DNA of 64,000 nucleotides from Vicinamibacterales bacterium (GTDB lineage: Bacteria; Acidobacteriota; Vicinamibacteria; Vicinamibacterales; CAVVIG01): positions 981 to 64,980 of the forward strand of contig DATBHR010000094.1 in the NCBI GenBank assembly GCA_036557365.1. Reading direction: 5' to 3'. The notes below the pieces were generated by a model. That model did not search any database. It was not told where the DNA came from and saw only the letters and a program-made list of their open reading frames with translations. How positions within the stretch are numbered: position 1 is the stretch's first letter; the number at the start of each line of letters is the position of its first letter. Below are positions 1-8,141 of this stretch, one piece after another. The position numbers and the translations under genes are program-made.

Positions 1-997
1 ACGCGAACGTGAGCCAGAACGAGCGCGACAGACCGAAGACAACCGTGGCGACGCCATAGGCCCCGACCGACCACAGGAGCGTCGCGCCGCGCCGTTCGAT
101 GCGTTCGGTCATCGGGACCATGGCCGCGCTCGAGATGACGGCGCCGGCCGCCGGCGCGGCATAGAGCCAGCCGTAGCCGCGCGCGCCCACCTTCAGGACG
201 TCCTGCGCGAAGATCGGCAGCAGCGCGTTCGCCGACGAGAAGAACGTCGCGAAGAAATCGAGCAGCATCGTCGACCTGATGAGCGGCGAGCGGAAGACGA
301 ACCGCAGCCCTTCAAGCGCCGCACCGAGCGACACATCGTCGTGCGCCTTCTCCGACCCGGTCGCCGGCTCGCCGTCGGGCGCCACGATCGACGAAGACCG
401 CGACGGCACGCCGCGCATCATCATGAGCGCCGCCAGGACGGCGCCGAACGAGACCGCGTTCGCAAAGTACACCCACGCGACGCCCGACGTCGCGATCATC
501 AGGCCGCCGATCGACGGGCCAGCGACGGACGCGGCCTGGAACATGATCGAGTTCAGGCTGATCGCGTTCGGAAGGTGCTCGCGCGGGACCAGATTCGGAA
601 TCAGCGCCGCGCGCGCCGGAAGATCGAACGCGTTCACCGCGGCGCCCAGCGCTGCCAGCAGGTAGACCGGCCAGACGACGCGCAGGCCGCGGAAGGTCAG
701 TACGGCGAGCGCGACGGCGACTGCGGTCGCGGCGACCTGCGTGACGAGCAGGAGCCGTCGACGGTCCCAGGCGTCCGCGACGACGCCGCTGATCATCGAG
801 AACACGACGACGGGCACGACCTTGACCAGTCCCACCATGCCGAGCGCGAGGCCTTTGTTGTTCGGGACGAGCAGCGAGACGTGCCACAGCAGCGCGGCGT
901 TCTGCATCATCGAGCCCGTGAACGACAGCATCAGGCCGAACCACAGCAGCCGGAAGTTGCGCGACCTGAGCGAGACGAACGAGTCGCGATTGATCAC
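1..997 (-). CDS. MFS transporter (MFS_3 / EntS-like); C-terminus runs off the left window edge
   Basis: Hand translation of the minus strand from GTG at 995-997 gives VINRDSFVSLRSRNFRLLWFGLMLSFTGSMMQNAALLWHV...ADAWDRRRLL..., followed by repeated hydrophobic spans. The GTG overlaps the upstream AKR stop as GTGA (994-997). It is missing from the ORF track because there is no stop inside the window. Confidence 0.75.
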   Translation of the reverse strand, partial: MINRDSFVSLRSRNFRLLWFGLMLSFTGSMMQNAALLWHVSLLVPNNKGLALGMVGLVKVVPVVVFSMISGVVADAWDRRRLLLVTQVAATAVAVALAVLTFRGLRVVWPVYLLAALGAAVNAFDLPARAALIPNLVPREHLPNAISLNSIMFQAASVAGPSIGGLMIATSGVAWVYFANAVSFGAVLAALMMMRGVPSRSSSIVAPDGEPATGSEKAHDDVSLGAALEGLRFVFRSPLIRSTMLLDFFATFFSSANALLPIFAQDVLKVGARGYGWLYAAPAAGAVISSAAMVPMTERIERRGATLLWSVGAYGVATVVFGLSRSFWLTFA

Positions 998-1983
998 GAA
1001 TGCCCGAGGATGCGGTGGGGCTCGTACGGCTCCTCGAGCGTACGAATCTCGTCGGCCTCGAGCCGGATTTCGGTGGCCGCGACGAGCTCGTCGAGGTGCG
1101 GCAGCTTCGAGGCGCCGATGATCGGCGCCGTGACGGTCGGCTTCGAGAGCAGCCAGGCGAGCGCGACCTGCATCGGCTTCACGCCGCGGCGGCGCGCGAC
1201 GTCGGCAACGCGATCGGCGATGACGAAGTCCGAGTCCGCGTAGTACAGCTGGTGAGCGAACTGATCGGTTTTCGCCCGCGTCGTCTCGCCTTTGTCATCC
1301 TGATCGCCCTTGCGCCGGTTACCGGCGAGAAAGCCGCGCGCGAGCGGACTCCACGGGATGACGGCAACGCCCTCTTCGCGGCAGAGCGGAAGCATTTCGC
1401 GCTCTTCCTCGCGGTAAACGAGGTTGTAGTGGTTCTGCATCGACACGAAACGTGTCCAGCCGTGCGCGTCGGCGGTGGACAGCATCCTGGCGAACTGCCA
1501 CGCGAACATGCTCGACGCGCCGACGTAGCGCGCCTTGCCGGCCTTGACCACGTCGTGCAGCGCTTCGACCGTTTCCGCGATCGGCGTCTCGTAGTCGAAG
1601 CGATGAATCTGGTAGAGATCGACGTAGTCGGTGCCGAGCCGGCGTAGCGACGCGTCAATCGACTCGAGGATGTGCTTTCGCGACAGGCCGCGGTCGTTGG
1701 GACCGTCGCCCAATGGGTAGAACACCTTGGTCGCGATCACGACCTGATCGCGGCGAGCGAAGTCCTTGAGCGCGCGCCCGGTGACCTCCTCGCTCACACC
1801 GCGCGAGTACATGTCGGCCGTGTCGAAGAAGTTGATGCCGTGCTCGAGCGCGCGCTTGATGAACGGCCGGCTGTCGGACTCGTCCAGCACCCACGGACGC
1901 CACTGCGACGTGCCGTACGTCATCATGCCGAGGCAGAGCCGCGACACCTTCAGCCCGGTCCGACCAAAACGTACATAGTCCAT
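994..1983 (-). CDS. Aldo-keto reductase family oxidoreductase
   Basis: 329-aa ORF starting MDYVRFGRTGLKVSRLCLGMMTYG...INFFDTADMYS...YVDLYQIHRFD, which are typical AKR signatures. Confidence 0.9.
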   Translation of the reverse strand: MDYVRFGRTGLKVSRLCLGMMTYGTSQWRPWVLDESDSRPFIKRALEHGINFFDTADMYSRGVSEEVTGRALKDFARRDQVVIATKVFYPLGDGPNDRGLSRKHILESIDASLRRLGTDYVDLYQIHRFDYETPIAETVEALHDVVKAGKARYVGASSMFAWQFARMLSTADAHGWTRFVSMQNHYNLVYREEEREMLPLCREEGVAVIPWSPLARGFLAGNRRKGDQDDKGETTRAKTDQFAHQLYYADSDFVIADRVADVARRRGVKPMQVALAWLLSKPTVTAPIIGASKLPHLDELVAATEIRLEADEIRTLEEPYEPHRILGHS

Positions 1984-2004
1984 CGATTGAGTCCGTGAGG
2001 CGGG

Positions 2005-2361
2005 TTACCTGACCGCGAGCAGCTCGACGTCGAACACGAGCGCGGAGTTGGGCGGGATGGCACCGCCGGCGCCGCGGGATCCGTACCCGAGTTCGGATGG
2101 AATCATCAGCGTGCGTTTTCCGCCGACCTTCATTCCGGCCACACCCTGATCCCAGCCGCGAATCACCTGGCCCGCACCGAGGCGGAACTCGAACGGGTCG
2201 CCATGATCCTTCGAGCTGTCGAATTTCTTGCCGTGATGGTCGGCCGCTTTTCCGTCGTACAGCCACCCGGTGTAGTGAACGGTGACCGTCTTTCCGCTCG
2301 TCGCCTCGGCGCCGCTGCCGGTCGTCGAGTCGATGATCTGCAGGCTCGTGACGTTGTCCAT
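2005..2361 (-). CDS. FKBP-type peptidyl-prolyl cis-trans isomerase
   Basis: Internal ATG (2359-2361) of track ORF 2005..2532. The 118-aa product MDNVTSLQIID...VTVHYTGWLYDG...FDSSKDHGDPFEFRLGAGQVIRGWDQGVAGMKVGGKRTLMIPSELGYG is a canonical FKBP domain. The upstream extension is Arg/Ser-rich junk. Confidence 0.9.
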   Translation of the reverse strand: MDNVTSLQIIDSTTGSGAEATSGKTVTVHYTGWLYDGKAADHHGKKFDSSKDHGDPFEFRLGAGQVIRGWDQGVAGMKVGGKRTLMIPSELGYGSRGAGGAIPPNSALVFDVELLAVR

Positions 2362-2377
2362 AACCTTCGATTCTACG

Positions 2378-3355
2378 TCACACGACGAGGACGAGCTTGC
2401 CGACGTTCGCGCCCGAATCCATGACGCGGTGCGCCGCCGCCGCGTCCCGCAGCGGAAACGTCGCGTGCACGATGGGCTTGACCGTCCCCGCGTCGAGCAG
2501 CGGCCACACATGCGTCCGAAGGCCGGCGGCAATCGCGCCCTTCTCGGCGACCGGACGCGCGCGCAGCGTGGAGCCGGTGACCGTCAGCCGCCTGCGCATG
2601 ATGATCTGGATGTCGATCTCGGCCCGGCTGCCGCGCTGCGTCGCGATCTCGACGAGACGACCGTCCATCGCGAGCGTGTCGAGATTCCGTGCGAAGTACT
2701 CAGCACCGACCATGTCGAGCACGACGTCGACGCCGAGGCCGTGAGTGAGGTCGCGGACGGCTGCCACGAAGTCCTCCGTCTTGTAGTTGATGCATCGAAC
2801 CGCGCCAAGGCGCTCGCAGGCCGCACATTTCTCGGGCGTCCCCGCGGTCGCCAGGACGCGCGACCCCTTCGCGTGCGCCAGTTGAATCGCCGTCGTCCCG
2901 ATGCCGCTGGAACCGCCGTGGACGAGGACGGTCTCGTTGGGGCGGAGCCTGCCGCGCTCGAAGAGGTTCGTCCACACGGTGAAAAAGGTTTCGGGAATGC
3001 CCGCGGCCGTAACGAGATCGAATCCTTTGGGCGCCGGCAGGCACTGCGGCGCGGGCGCCACGCAGTACTCCGCGTACCCCCCTCCGGCGACGAGCGCGCA
3101 GACCGCGTCGCCGACGTGCCAGTCGCTGACGTCAGTACCGAGCTGGACGATCGTGCCGGACACCTCGAGGCCCGGAATGTCCGACGCGCCGGGCGGCGGC
3201 GGATACTTCCCTTTCCGCTGCATCACGTCGGGACGGTTCACGCCCGCGGCCGCAACTTTGATCAGCACCTCACCGGCCGCCGGGACCGGAGTCGGACGTT
3301 CGACGGGCACGAGCACTTCAGGATCGCCGGGGTGGGAAATCTCGATGCAAATCAC
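2378..3355 (-). CDS. NADPH:quinone oxidoreductase (zeta-crystallin / MDR family)
   Basis: Product VICIEISHPGDPEVL...GVNRPDVMQRKGKYPPPPGASDIPGLEVSG...LVHGGSSGIGTTAIQLA. The GTG start at 3353-3355 overlaps the kinase stop as GTGA. The rest of the 488-aa track ORF is an out-of-context extension. Confidence 0.85.
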   Translation of the reverse strand: MICIEISHPGDPEVLVPVERPTPVPAAGEVLIKVAAAGVNRPDVMQRKGKYPPPPGASDIPGLEVSGTIVQLGTDVSDWHVGDAVCALVAGGGYAEYCVAPAPQCLPAPKGFDLVTAAGIPETFFTVWTNLFERGRLRPNETVLVHGGSSGIGTTAIQLAHAKGSRVLATAGTPEKCAACERLGAVRCINYKTEDFVAAVRDLTHGLGVDVVLDMVGAEYFARNLDTLAMDGRLVEIATQRGSRAEIDIQIIMRRRLTVTGSTLRARPVAEKGAIAAGLRTHVWPLLDAGTVKPIVHATFPLRDAAAAHRVMDSGANVGKLVLVV

Positions 3356-4764
3356 TCGCGGTCTCCAAACGTCGCGCGGTTCGTCGCTGGTTCCAGCACG
3401 AGCGCTGCCGACGCAATGATGAGGGCCAGACTGACGCAGAACACACCAGCAAGCGCGCGGATACGGCCGATGAGGACGCCGTCCGCGAACAACAGGATCG
3501 CAAAGATCAGGTCGACGAATCGCATCGATTGCCGGGCCCGCCGCCGTTCGCGGTCGAGTCCCTGTGAGTTCACGCGCTCGGTGAAGACGAGATGCCCGCG
3601 AAGCACGCCGCCAATGGTCGCGAAGGCGCCGAGCGACAGGAAAATCGCGACGGTGACCGGCGTTTCCATCCATGCCTTGATCTGCCACCCGGCAATGCTG
3701 CCCACAACGTAGAGGGCGGTGATCACGAACTGGTGCGAGCGCCACCAGCCTGTCGACGGGATCTGGATGGATGTCCCCGTTCGGAGCGCGGCCGCAATCT
3801 CTCCGGCGTTCTGGAACCGTTCGTCGGGCGACAGGCGCAGGCACCGTTCCACGATGCCCGCAATCGCCGGGACCGTTCGCGGCGCGCCTGTCGCGAACGG
3901 CGGCTTGCCGGTCGCGTACTCGTGCATGAGGATGCCGAATGCATACACGTCCGCGCGCGCATCGCCGCGCTCGCCCGCGAGCTGCTCGGGCGCGATGTAG
4001 CCGGGCGTGCCGACGAGTGCGCCAGGACGGGTGGCGAACTGGCCGATCGACGCGCTCTCCACCTGCGATCGCGCAAGACCGAAGTCGAGCACTTTGAGGC
4101 GGCCATCCGACGCGCGCATCACGTTCTCCGGCTTCAAGTCGCGATGCACGATGCCCGCCGCGTGCGCGGCCGCAAGCGCCGCCGCAAGCTCGGTGGCCGT
4201 CTGGACAATCTCGTCTTCCGTCGGGAGACCACGGTCGCCGCGAATCTCCTGCCCGAGCGTGTGGCCATCGACGAATTCCTGGGCGATGTAGAGCTCGCCG
4301 CCGATCTCTTCCAGCGCGAACACGGTACAGATGCCCGGATGCCTCACCGCGGCGGCCGCCCGCGCTTCGCGGCGCAGCCGCTCGCGCTGAAGCGGATCGC
4401 TCGTCATCTGCGGCGCCAGCGCCTTCAAGGCAAGGCGGCGATTCAGACGTCCGTCGTTCGCGAGGTAGACGCGGCCCATCCCGCCGCGTCCCAGCTCCTG
4501 GAGGATCTCATACGGACCGATCGACGTGCCCGCAGGCAGCGGCTCGTCGAGAAGGCCGCCAAGTTGATCGGCCGCGGGACGCACGAGGAACTGGCCTGCG
4601 CGGGAGTGATGCTCGAGCAGCGATCGGACTTCGTCGCGCACGGCGGAATCGTCAGGCGTCTGGCTCGCGATCCACTGCAGCGCGTCGTGCGGATCGCGCT
4701 CGATCGCGCCCTCGAACAACTCGCGGACGCGGCGCCACTGCACCGGACTCAGCTGCGGGCTCAT
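3352..4764 (-). CDS. Ser/Thr protein kinase with C-terminal multi-pass membrane region
   Basis: Motifs GRGGMGRVY (G-loop), ALK, HRDLKPENV, DFG and GTPGYIAPE. The C-terminal ~130 aa contains about 4 hydrophobic helices. The start MSPQLSPVQW (ATG 4762-4764) overlaps the sigma-factor stop as ATGA. Confidence 0.85.
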   Translation of the reverse strand: MSPQLSPVQWRRVRELFEGAIERDPHDALQWIASQTPDDSAVRDEVRSLLEHHSRAGQFLVRPAADQLGGLLDEPLPAGTSIGPYEILQELGRGGMGRVYLANDGRLNRRLALKALAPQMTSDPLQRERLRREARAAAAVRHPGICTVFALEEIGGELYIAQEFVDGHTLGQEIRGDRGLPTEDEIVQTATELAAALAAAHAAGIVHRDLKPENVMRASDGRLKVLDFGLARSQVESASIGQFATRPGALVGTPGYIAPEQLAGERGDARADVYAFGILMHEYATGKPPFATGAPRTVPAIAGIVERCLRLSPDERFQNAGEIAAALRTGTSIQIPSTGWWRSHQFVITALYVVGSIAGWQIKAWMETPVTVAIFLSLGAFATIGGVLRGHLVFTERVNSQGLDRERRRARQSMRFVDLIFAILLFADGVLIGRIRALAGVFCVSLALIIASAALVLEPATNRATFGDRE

Positions 4765-5282
4765 TGGCCGTCGGCGAGCTCGCGAAAGAGCCACGCGCGC
4801 GCGAGGCTCCAGCGTCGCTTGACGGTCGCCGGCGAGATGGCCAACGCATCGGCGGTCTCTTCGATGCTGAGGCCGGCAAAGTACCGGAGCTCGACGATCC
4901 GCGCCTGCTCGGCGTCGATCTGTTCCAGACGAGCGAGCGCATCATCGAGTGCGGGCAGCATCGTTTCGGCATCGGCCGCGACGGCCAGCGAATCGGACAG
5001 CGAGACGCGGTTCAATCCGGCCCAGCGCTTCTGCGCACCGCGCGCCCGGGCGCGCTCGACCAGAATCTGCCGCATCGATCGCGCGGCGATGCCGACGAAG
5101 TGACGCTTGTCGGTCCACGGCGAGCCGGCGTTCGCGAGGCGGAGATAGGCTTCGTGGACGAGCGCCGTCGCCTGAATCGTCTGTCCCGGTCGTTCGCGTC
5201 GCATGTACGCGCCCGCGAGGCGGCGCAGCTCGTCGTAGACGAGCGGCGCGAGCGCGTCGGCGTCGGGCGGCTCACCGGTCAT
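4761..5282 (-). CDS. ECF-type RNA polymerase sigma factor (kinase-associated ECF group)
   Basis: 173 aa. PLVYDELRRLAGAYMRRERPGQTIQATALVHEAYLRL (region 2) and IVELRYFAGLSIEETADALAISPATVKRRWSLARAWL (region 4 HTH). Lies directly upstream of, and coupled to, a Ser/Thr kinase. Confidence 0.85.
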   Translation of the reverse strand: MTGEPPDADALAPLVYDELRRLAGAYMRRERPGQTIQATALVHEAYLRLANAGSPWTDKRHFVGIAARSMRQILVERARARGAQKRWAGLNRVSLSDSLAVAADAETMLPALDDALARLEQIDAEQARIVELRYFAGLSIEETADALAISPATVKRRWSLARAWLFRELADGQ

Positions 5283-5302
5283 TTGGATATCCTACCTGCA
5301 GG

Positions 5303-5788
5303 ATGGTCATCATTCTGATGGGCGTCGCCGGATCCGGCAAGACGGTCCTCGGCCGGGCGCTCGCCGCGGAGCTCGGGTGGCGCTTCGAGGATGCTGACAG
5401 CTACCACTCCGCGGAGAACATCGCGAAGATGCATCGGGGTCATCCGCTCGACGATGCCGACCGCGCGCCGTGGCTCGCGCGACTGCATGCGCTGATTACT
5501 CGAGCGATCGAGCGCCGCGAGCACATGATCCTCGCCTGCTCCGCGCTCAAGCAGCGCTACCGCGAGACGCTTCGAGGCGGTCTGCCGACGGTGCGGTTCG
5601 TGTTCCTCACCGCGGACAAAGCCACACTGCGCCGGCGTCTCGAGACGCGCGCACATCATTTCGCGGGCCCGGCGCTCGTCGACAGTCAGCTGACCGATCT
5701 CGAACCACCGAGCGACGCGCTCACGCTCGACACGACGCAGCCGCCGGACCGCAGCCTGGCGGCGATCAGGGTGGTGTTCGGTGTGTGA
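5303..5788 (+). CDS. gntK: Gluconokinase-family P-loop carbohydrate kinase
   Basis: Internal ATG 5303 of track ORF 4949..5788. MVIILMGVAGSGKTVLGRALAAELGWRFEDADSYH...APWL..L matches the GntK/IdnK pattern. Confidence 0.8.
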   Translation: MVIILMGVAGSGKTVLGRALAAELGWRFEDADSYHSAENIAKMHRGHPLDDADRAPWLARLHALITRAIERREHMILACSALKQRYRETLRGGLPTVRFVFLTADKATLRRRLETRAHHFAGPALVDSQLTDLEPPSDALTLDTTQPPDRSLAAIRVVFGV

Positions 5789-5795
5789 GGGTGAT

Positions 5796-6091
5796 GGAGG
5801 CAACGGAGGGGACGGAGGAAACGGGAACTTCAACGGAGGAACAGAGGAACGGAGGGGAACGAAGGCTGCCGTCGACGGGCGTCGCGCAGCAGCGACGCGC
5901 GGCATCGTCCGGGAGAACGACTCCCAGTCTCTTGCGTCGCTCGTCCGGCGATGCATCCCGATGCCGCTTGTCGGCCTGCAGTGCAGGCCGACCCGTCGAC
6001 CGCCACTGCCGCCGCCAACCGAAACTTCCGTTTCCCTCCGTTCCTCCGTTCCTCTGTTGATCTCCCGTTCCTCCGTCCCCTCCGTTCCTCC
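5796..6091. repeat. ~300-nt imperfect inverted repeat; arms are arrays of an 8-nt unit (AACGGAGG / CCTCCGTT), with no convincing ORF inside
   Basis: Left arm 5796-5865 is ggaggcaacggaggggacggaggaaacgggaacttcaacggaggaacagaggaacggaggggaacgaagg. The reverse complement of right arm 6019-6091 is ggaggaacggaggggacggaggaacgggagatcaacagaggaacggaggaacggagggaaacggaagtttcgg. Roughly 85 percent of positions match by hand alignment, with 2 single-nt indels. Pairing continues inward (gtcgacggg 5870-5878 with cccgtcgac 5991-5999). Confidence 0.85.
5972..5990. repeat. Perfect 19-nt palindrome inside the element core
   Basis: cggcctgca-g-tgcaggccg read directly from the sequence. Confidence 0.9.
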
Positions 6092-6095
6092 GCGC

Positions 6096-6341
6096 TTACA
6101 CAACCCAGTCGCGCGCTCTCAAGGCCAATACCGGATACTGCCTGCGGAGCGCGTCGACGCGCCGACTGTAATCCGCCTTCGGAAACTCGCGGCGCATGTA
6201 TCGCTCCCGAAGCCGTCGAATCTCGTAACGATACAAATCGCGGACGAATTCGCGGACGCGCTCGGGATTCGTGTCGGGCCGTGGGCGCACGCCGTGCACG
6301 AGCAGCGCCTCGAGAATCTCCGGACGGTACGTGTAGATCAC
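6096..6341 (-). CDS. Small basic hypothetical protein (81 aa)
   Basis: Product VIYTYRPEILEALLVHGVRPRPDTNPERVREFVRDLYRYEIRRLRERYMRREFPKADYSRRVDALRRQYPVLALRARDWVV. The GTG at 6339-6341 overlaps the TPR gene stop as GTGA. No family recognised. Confidence 0.45.
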   Translation of the reverse strand: MIYTYRPEILEALLVHGVRPRPDTNPERVREFVRDLYRYEIRRLRERYMRREFPKADYSRRVDALRRQYPVLALRARDWVV

Positions 6342-6871
6342 TTGCGATTCCGCAGGGCACGAACCTTCGGCAGCAACTCCGCCGCCGGCTGCGCCCAAGC
6401 ATCCGACGACGCTGCGACTCGAGTCAGCTGTTGCTCTGCCTCATCGAGCTTGCCGAGGCGAATGCAGGCTTTGGCGAGCACGAATCGCCCCGGTGACTCG
6501 AACGGCGACTCGCCAGCCGCAAGGACAGCACCGAGCCGATCCTCTGCCTCACCGACTTCGTCGGTCATCATCAGTGTCACGGCAAGATAGAAATTACCGG
6601 CGACATCGTCCGGATCGGCGGCGATGAGCCGGCGGAACCGGTCGGCCGCTGCCGGATATCGCTTCGCCTCGTAGGCGCGAATGGCTTCGTCGAATGCGGC
6701 GGACGAATCGCCGCGACGAACCAGCGGCTCCGCGTACGGAGGCGGCACGAAGCGTCCCAGTTCCTGCAGCGCCTTACGCGACTGCGCGTGCAGGACGGAC
6801 GCGGCCGCAAGCATCGACACAACAGCGATCGCCAATCGCGAGTCAGCCCGCAAGGATGCTCCTGACCGCAT
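6338..6871 (-). CDS. Secreted TPR-like repeat protein
   Basis: Start chosen at MRSGASLRADSRLAIAVVSMLAAASVLHAQ (signal-peptide-like). Helical-repeat text follows (AIRAYEAKRYPAAADRFRRLIAADPDDVAGNFYLAVTLMM...ACIRLGKLDEAEQQL). The start is uncertain; 6814 is an alternative. Confidence 0.55.
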   Translation of the reverse strand: MRSGASLRADSRLAIAVVSMLAAASVLHAQSRKALQELGRFVPPPYAEPLVRRGDSSAAFDEAIRAYEAKRYPAAADRFRRLIAADPDDVAGNFYLAVTLMMTDEVGEAEDRLGAVLAAGESPFESPGRFVLAKACIRLGKLDEAEQQLTRVAASSDAWAQPAAELLPKVRALRNRK

Positions 6872-8141
6872 CGAACGTTGACGCAATGCGCACGATGTGA
6901 CGGGGCCTGGCCAGCGCCTCAGAGAGTGCCTGCGGTGGATCGACGGCGCGCCCGATGATCGGCCCGACGATTTCGGCGAACTTCGCGGGATGTGCGGTCG
7001 CAAGGAAAACGCCGGCACCGCCGCAGCGGCGAAGGCCGAGATAGCCAATTGCGCTGTGCGGATCCATCAGGTAACCGGTGCGGCTGAACACGTCGCGAAT
7101 CGCCGTTCGAATCTGATCGTCGTCGCTGCGTGACCCGACGATGTCGCGCTGCATCGCGCCGGCGTCTCGATCGTACAGCCACAGCATTCGTTCGAAGTTG
7201 CTCGGATGGCCGACATCCATCGCGTTGGCGAGCGTGCGGACCGATGGACGCGGGCAGAACTCCCCCGTCTCGAGGTACGACGGCACGACGTCGTTGACGT
7301 TGGTCGCGGCGATGTATCGCTCGACGCCGAGACCCGCGCGCTTCGCCATGAGTCCCGCTGTGAGGTTGCCGAAATTACCGCTCGGCGTCGCAACGAAAAG
7401 CGGATTCGCGGTCGGTTTGCCCGCTGACTGCTGCAACTGAGCGACCGCATGAAAGTAGTAGACCATCTGCGGCAGCAGGCGACCGATGTTCACCGAGTTC
7501 GCCGACGTCATCCGCATGCGCGCGCGCAGTTCCGCGTCCGCCAGGGCCTGCCGCGTCAAACGGTGGCAGTCGTCAAAGCTGCCTGCCACCGCGTACGCCC
7601 GCACGTTCGTCCGCTGATCGTTGAACATCGTCAGCTGCGCTTCCTGCGTGGGGCTGACGCGTCCGTCCGGGTACAGGATGACGACGCGCGTGCGCGGGAC
7701 GCGGTGAAAGGCGTGCGCGACGGCGCTGCCCGTGTCGCCCGAAGTCGCGGCGAGCACCGTGAGCGGTTCGTCGCGATCGTGCAGCACCGCCATGAGCCTC
7801 GCCATGACGCGGGCGCCGACGTCCTTGAACGCGAGCGTCGGTCCGTGGAAGAGCTCGAGCACGTGCACGCCCGGCTCGATCTCGACGAGCGGAATCGGAA
7901 AATTCAGCGCCTCGACGAGCAGCGCTTCGAGCGTGGCCGGATCGACGTCGCCGCGCGCGAACGGACGCAGCGCGCGAAGCGCGATTTCGGTCAGCGTGCG
8001 GCGCGGCAGCCGCGCGAGCTCGTCCGCGGTCCACGGCTCGATGGCGGCCGGTACATAGAGGCCGCCGTCCGGCGCGAGCCCGTCGAACAGCGCCGCCCTG
8101 AACGACGCCGCGGCACCGCCGCGCGTCGTCAGGAAATCCAT
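6843..8141 (-). CDS. thrC: Threonine synthase
   Basis: 432 aa. MDFLTTRGG...FRAALFDGLAPDGGLYVP...HGPTLAFKDVGARVMA (PLP lysine)...ATSGDTGSA. Confidence 0.9.
   Translation of the reverse strand: MDFLTTRGGAAASFRAALFDGLAPDGGLYVPAAIEPWTADELARLPRRTLTEIALRALRPFARGDVDPATLEALLVEALNFPIPLVEIEPGVHVLELFHGPTLAFKDVGARVMARLMAVLHDRDEPLTVLAATSGDTGSAVAHAFHRVPRTRVVILYPDGRVSPTQEAQLTMFNDQRTNVRAYAVAGSFDDCHRLTRQALADAELRARMRMTSANSVNIGRLLPQMVYYFHAVAQLQQSAGKPTANPLFVATPSGNFGNLTAGLMAKRAGLGVERYIAATNVNDVVPSYLETGEFCPRPSVRTLANAMDVGHPSNFERMLWLYDRDAGAMQRDIVGSRSDDDQIRTAIRDVFSRTGYLMDPHSAIGYLGLRRCGGAGVFLATAHPAKFAEIVGPIIGRAVDPPQALSEALARPRHIVRIASTFDAVRSILAG

Noticed and set aside
2378-3844. Long N-terminal extensions in the ORF track: 2378..3844, 2005..2532, 4949..5788, 10164..11864, 39041..40888, 52477..53832, 59165..62215, 35152..37614 and 37466..38038.
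   Set aside because: The recognisable domain starts well inside each ORF. It usually starts at a codon that forms an ATGA, GTGA or TGATG junction with the upstream gene. The extension overlaps that upstream gene in another frame and has Arg/Pro/Ser-rich junk composition.
5279-6590. ORFs running through the 5796-6091 hairpin element: 5279..6103 (-), 5470..6060 (+), 5781..6590 (+), 5830..6402 (-) and 5951..6496 (+).
   Set aside because: Their products are low-complexity translations of the octamer arrays (TEGTEETGTSTEE, GGNGGDGGNG, FPPFLRSSV). Every frame on both strands is open there, which points to repeat DNA rather than coding sequence.
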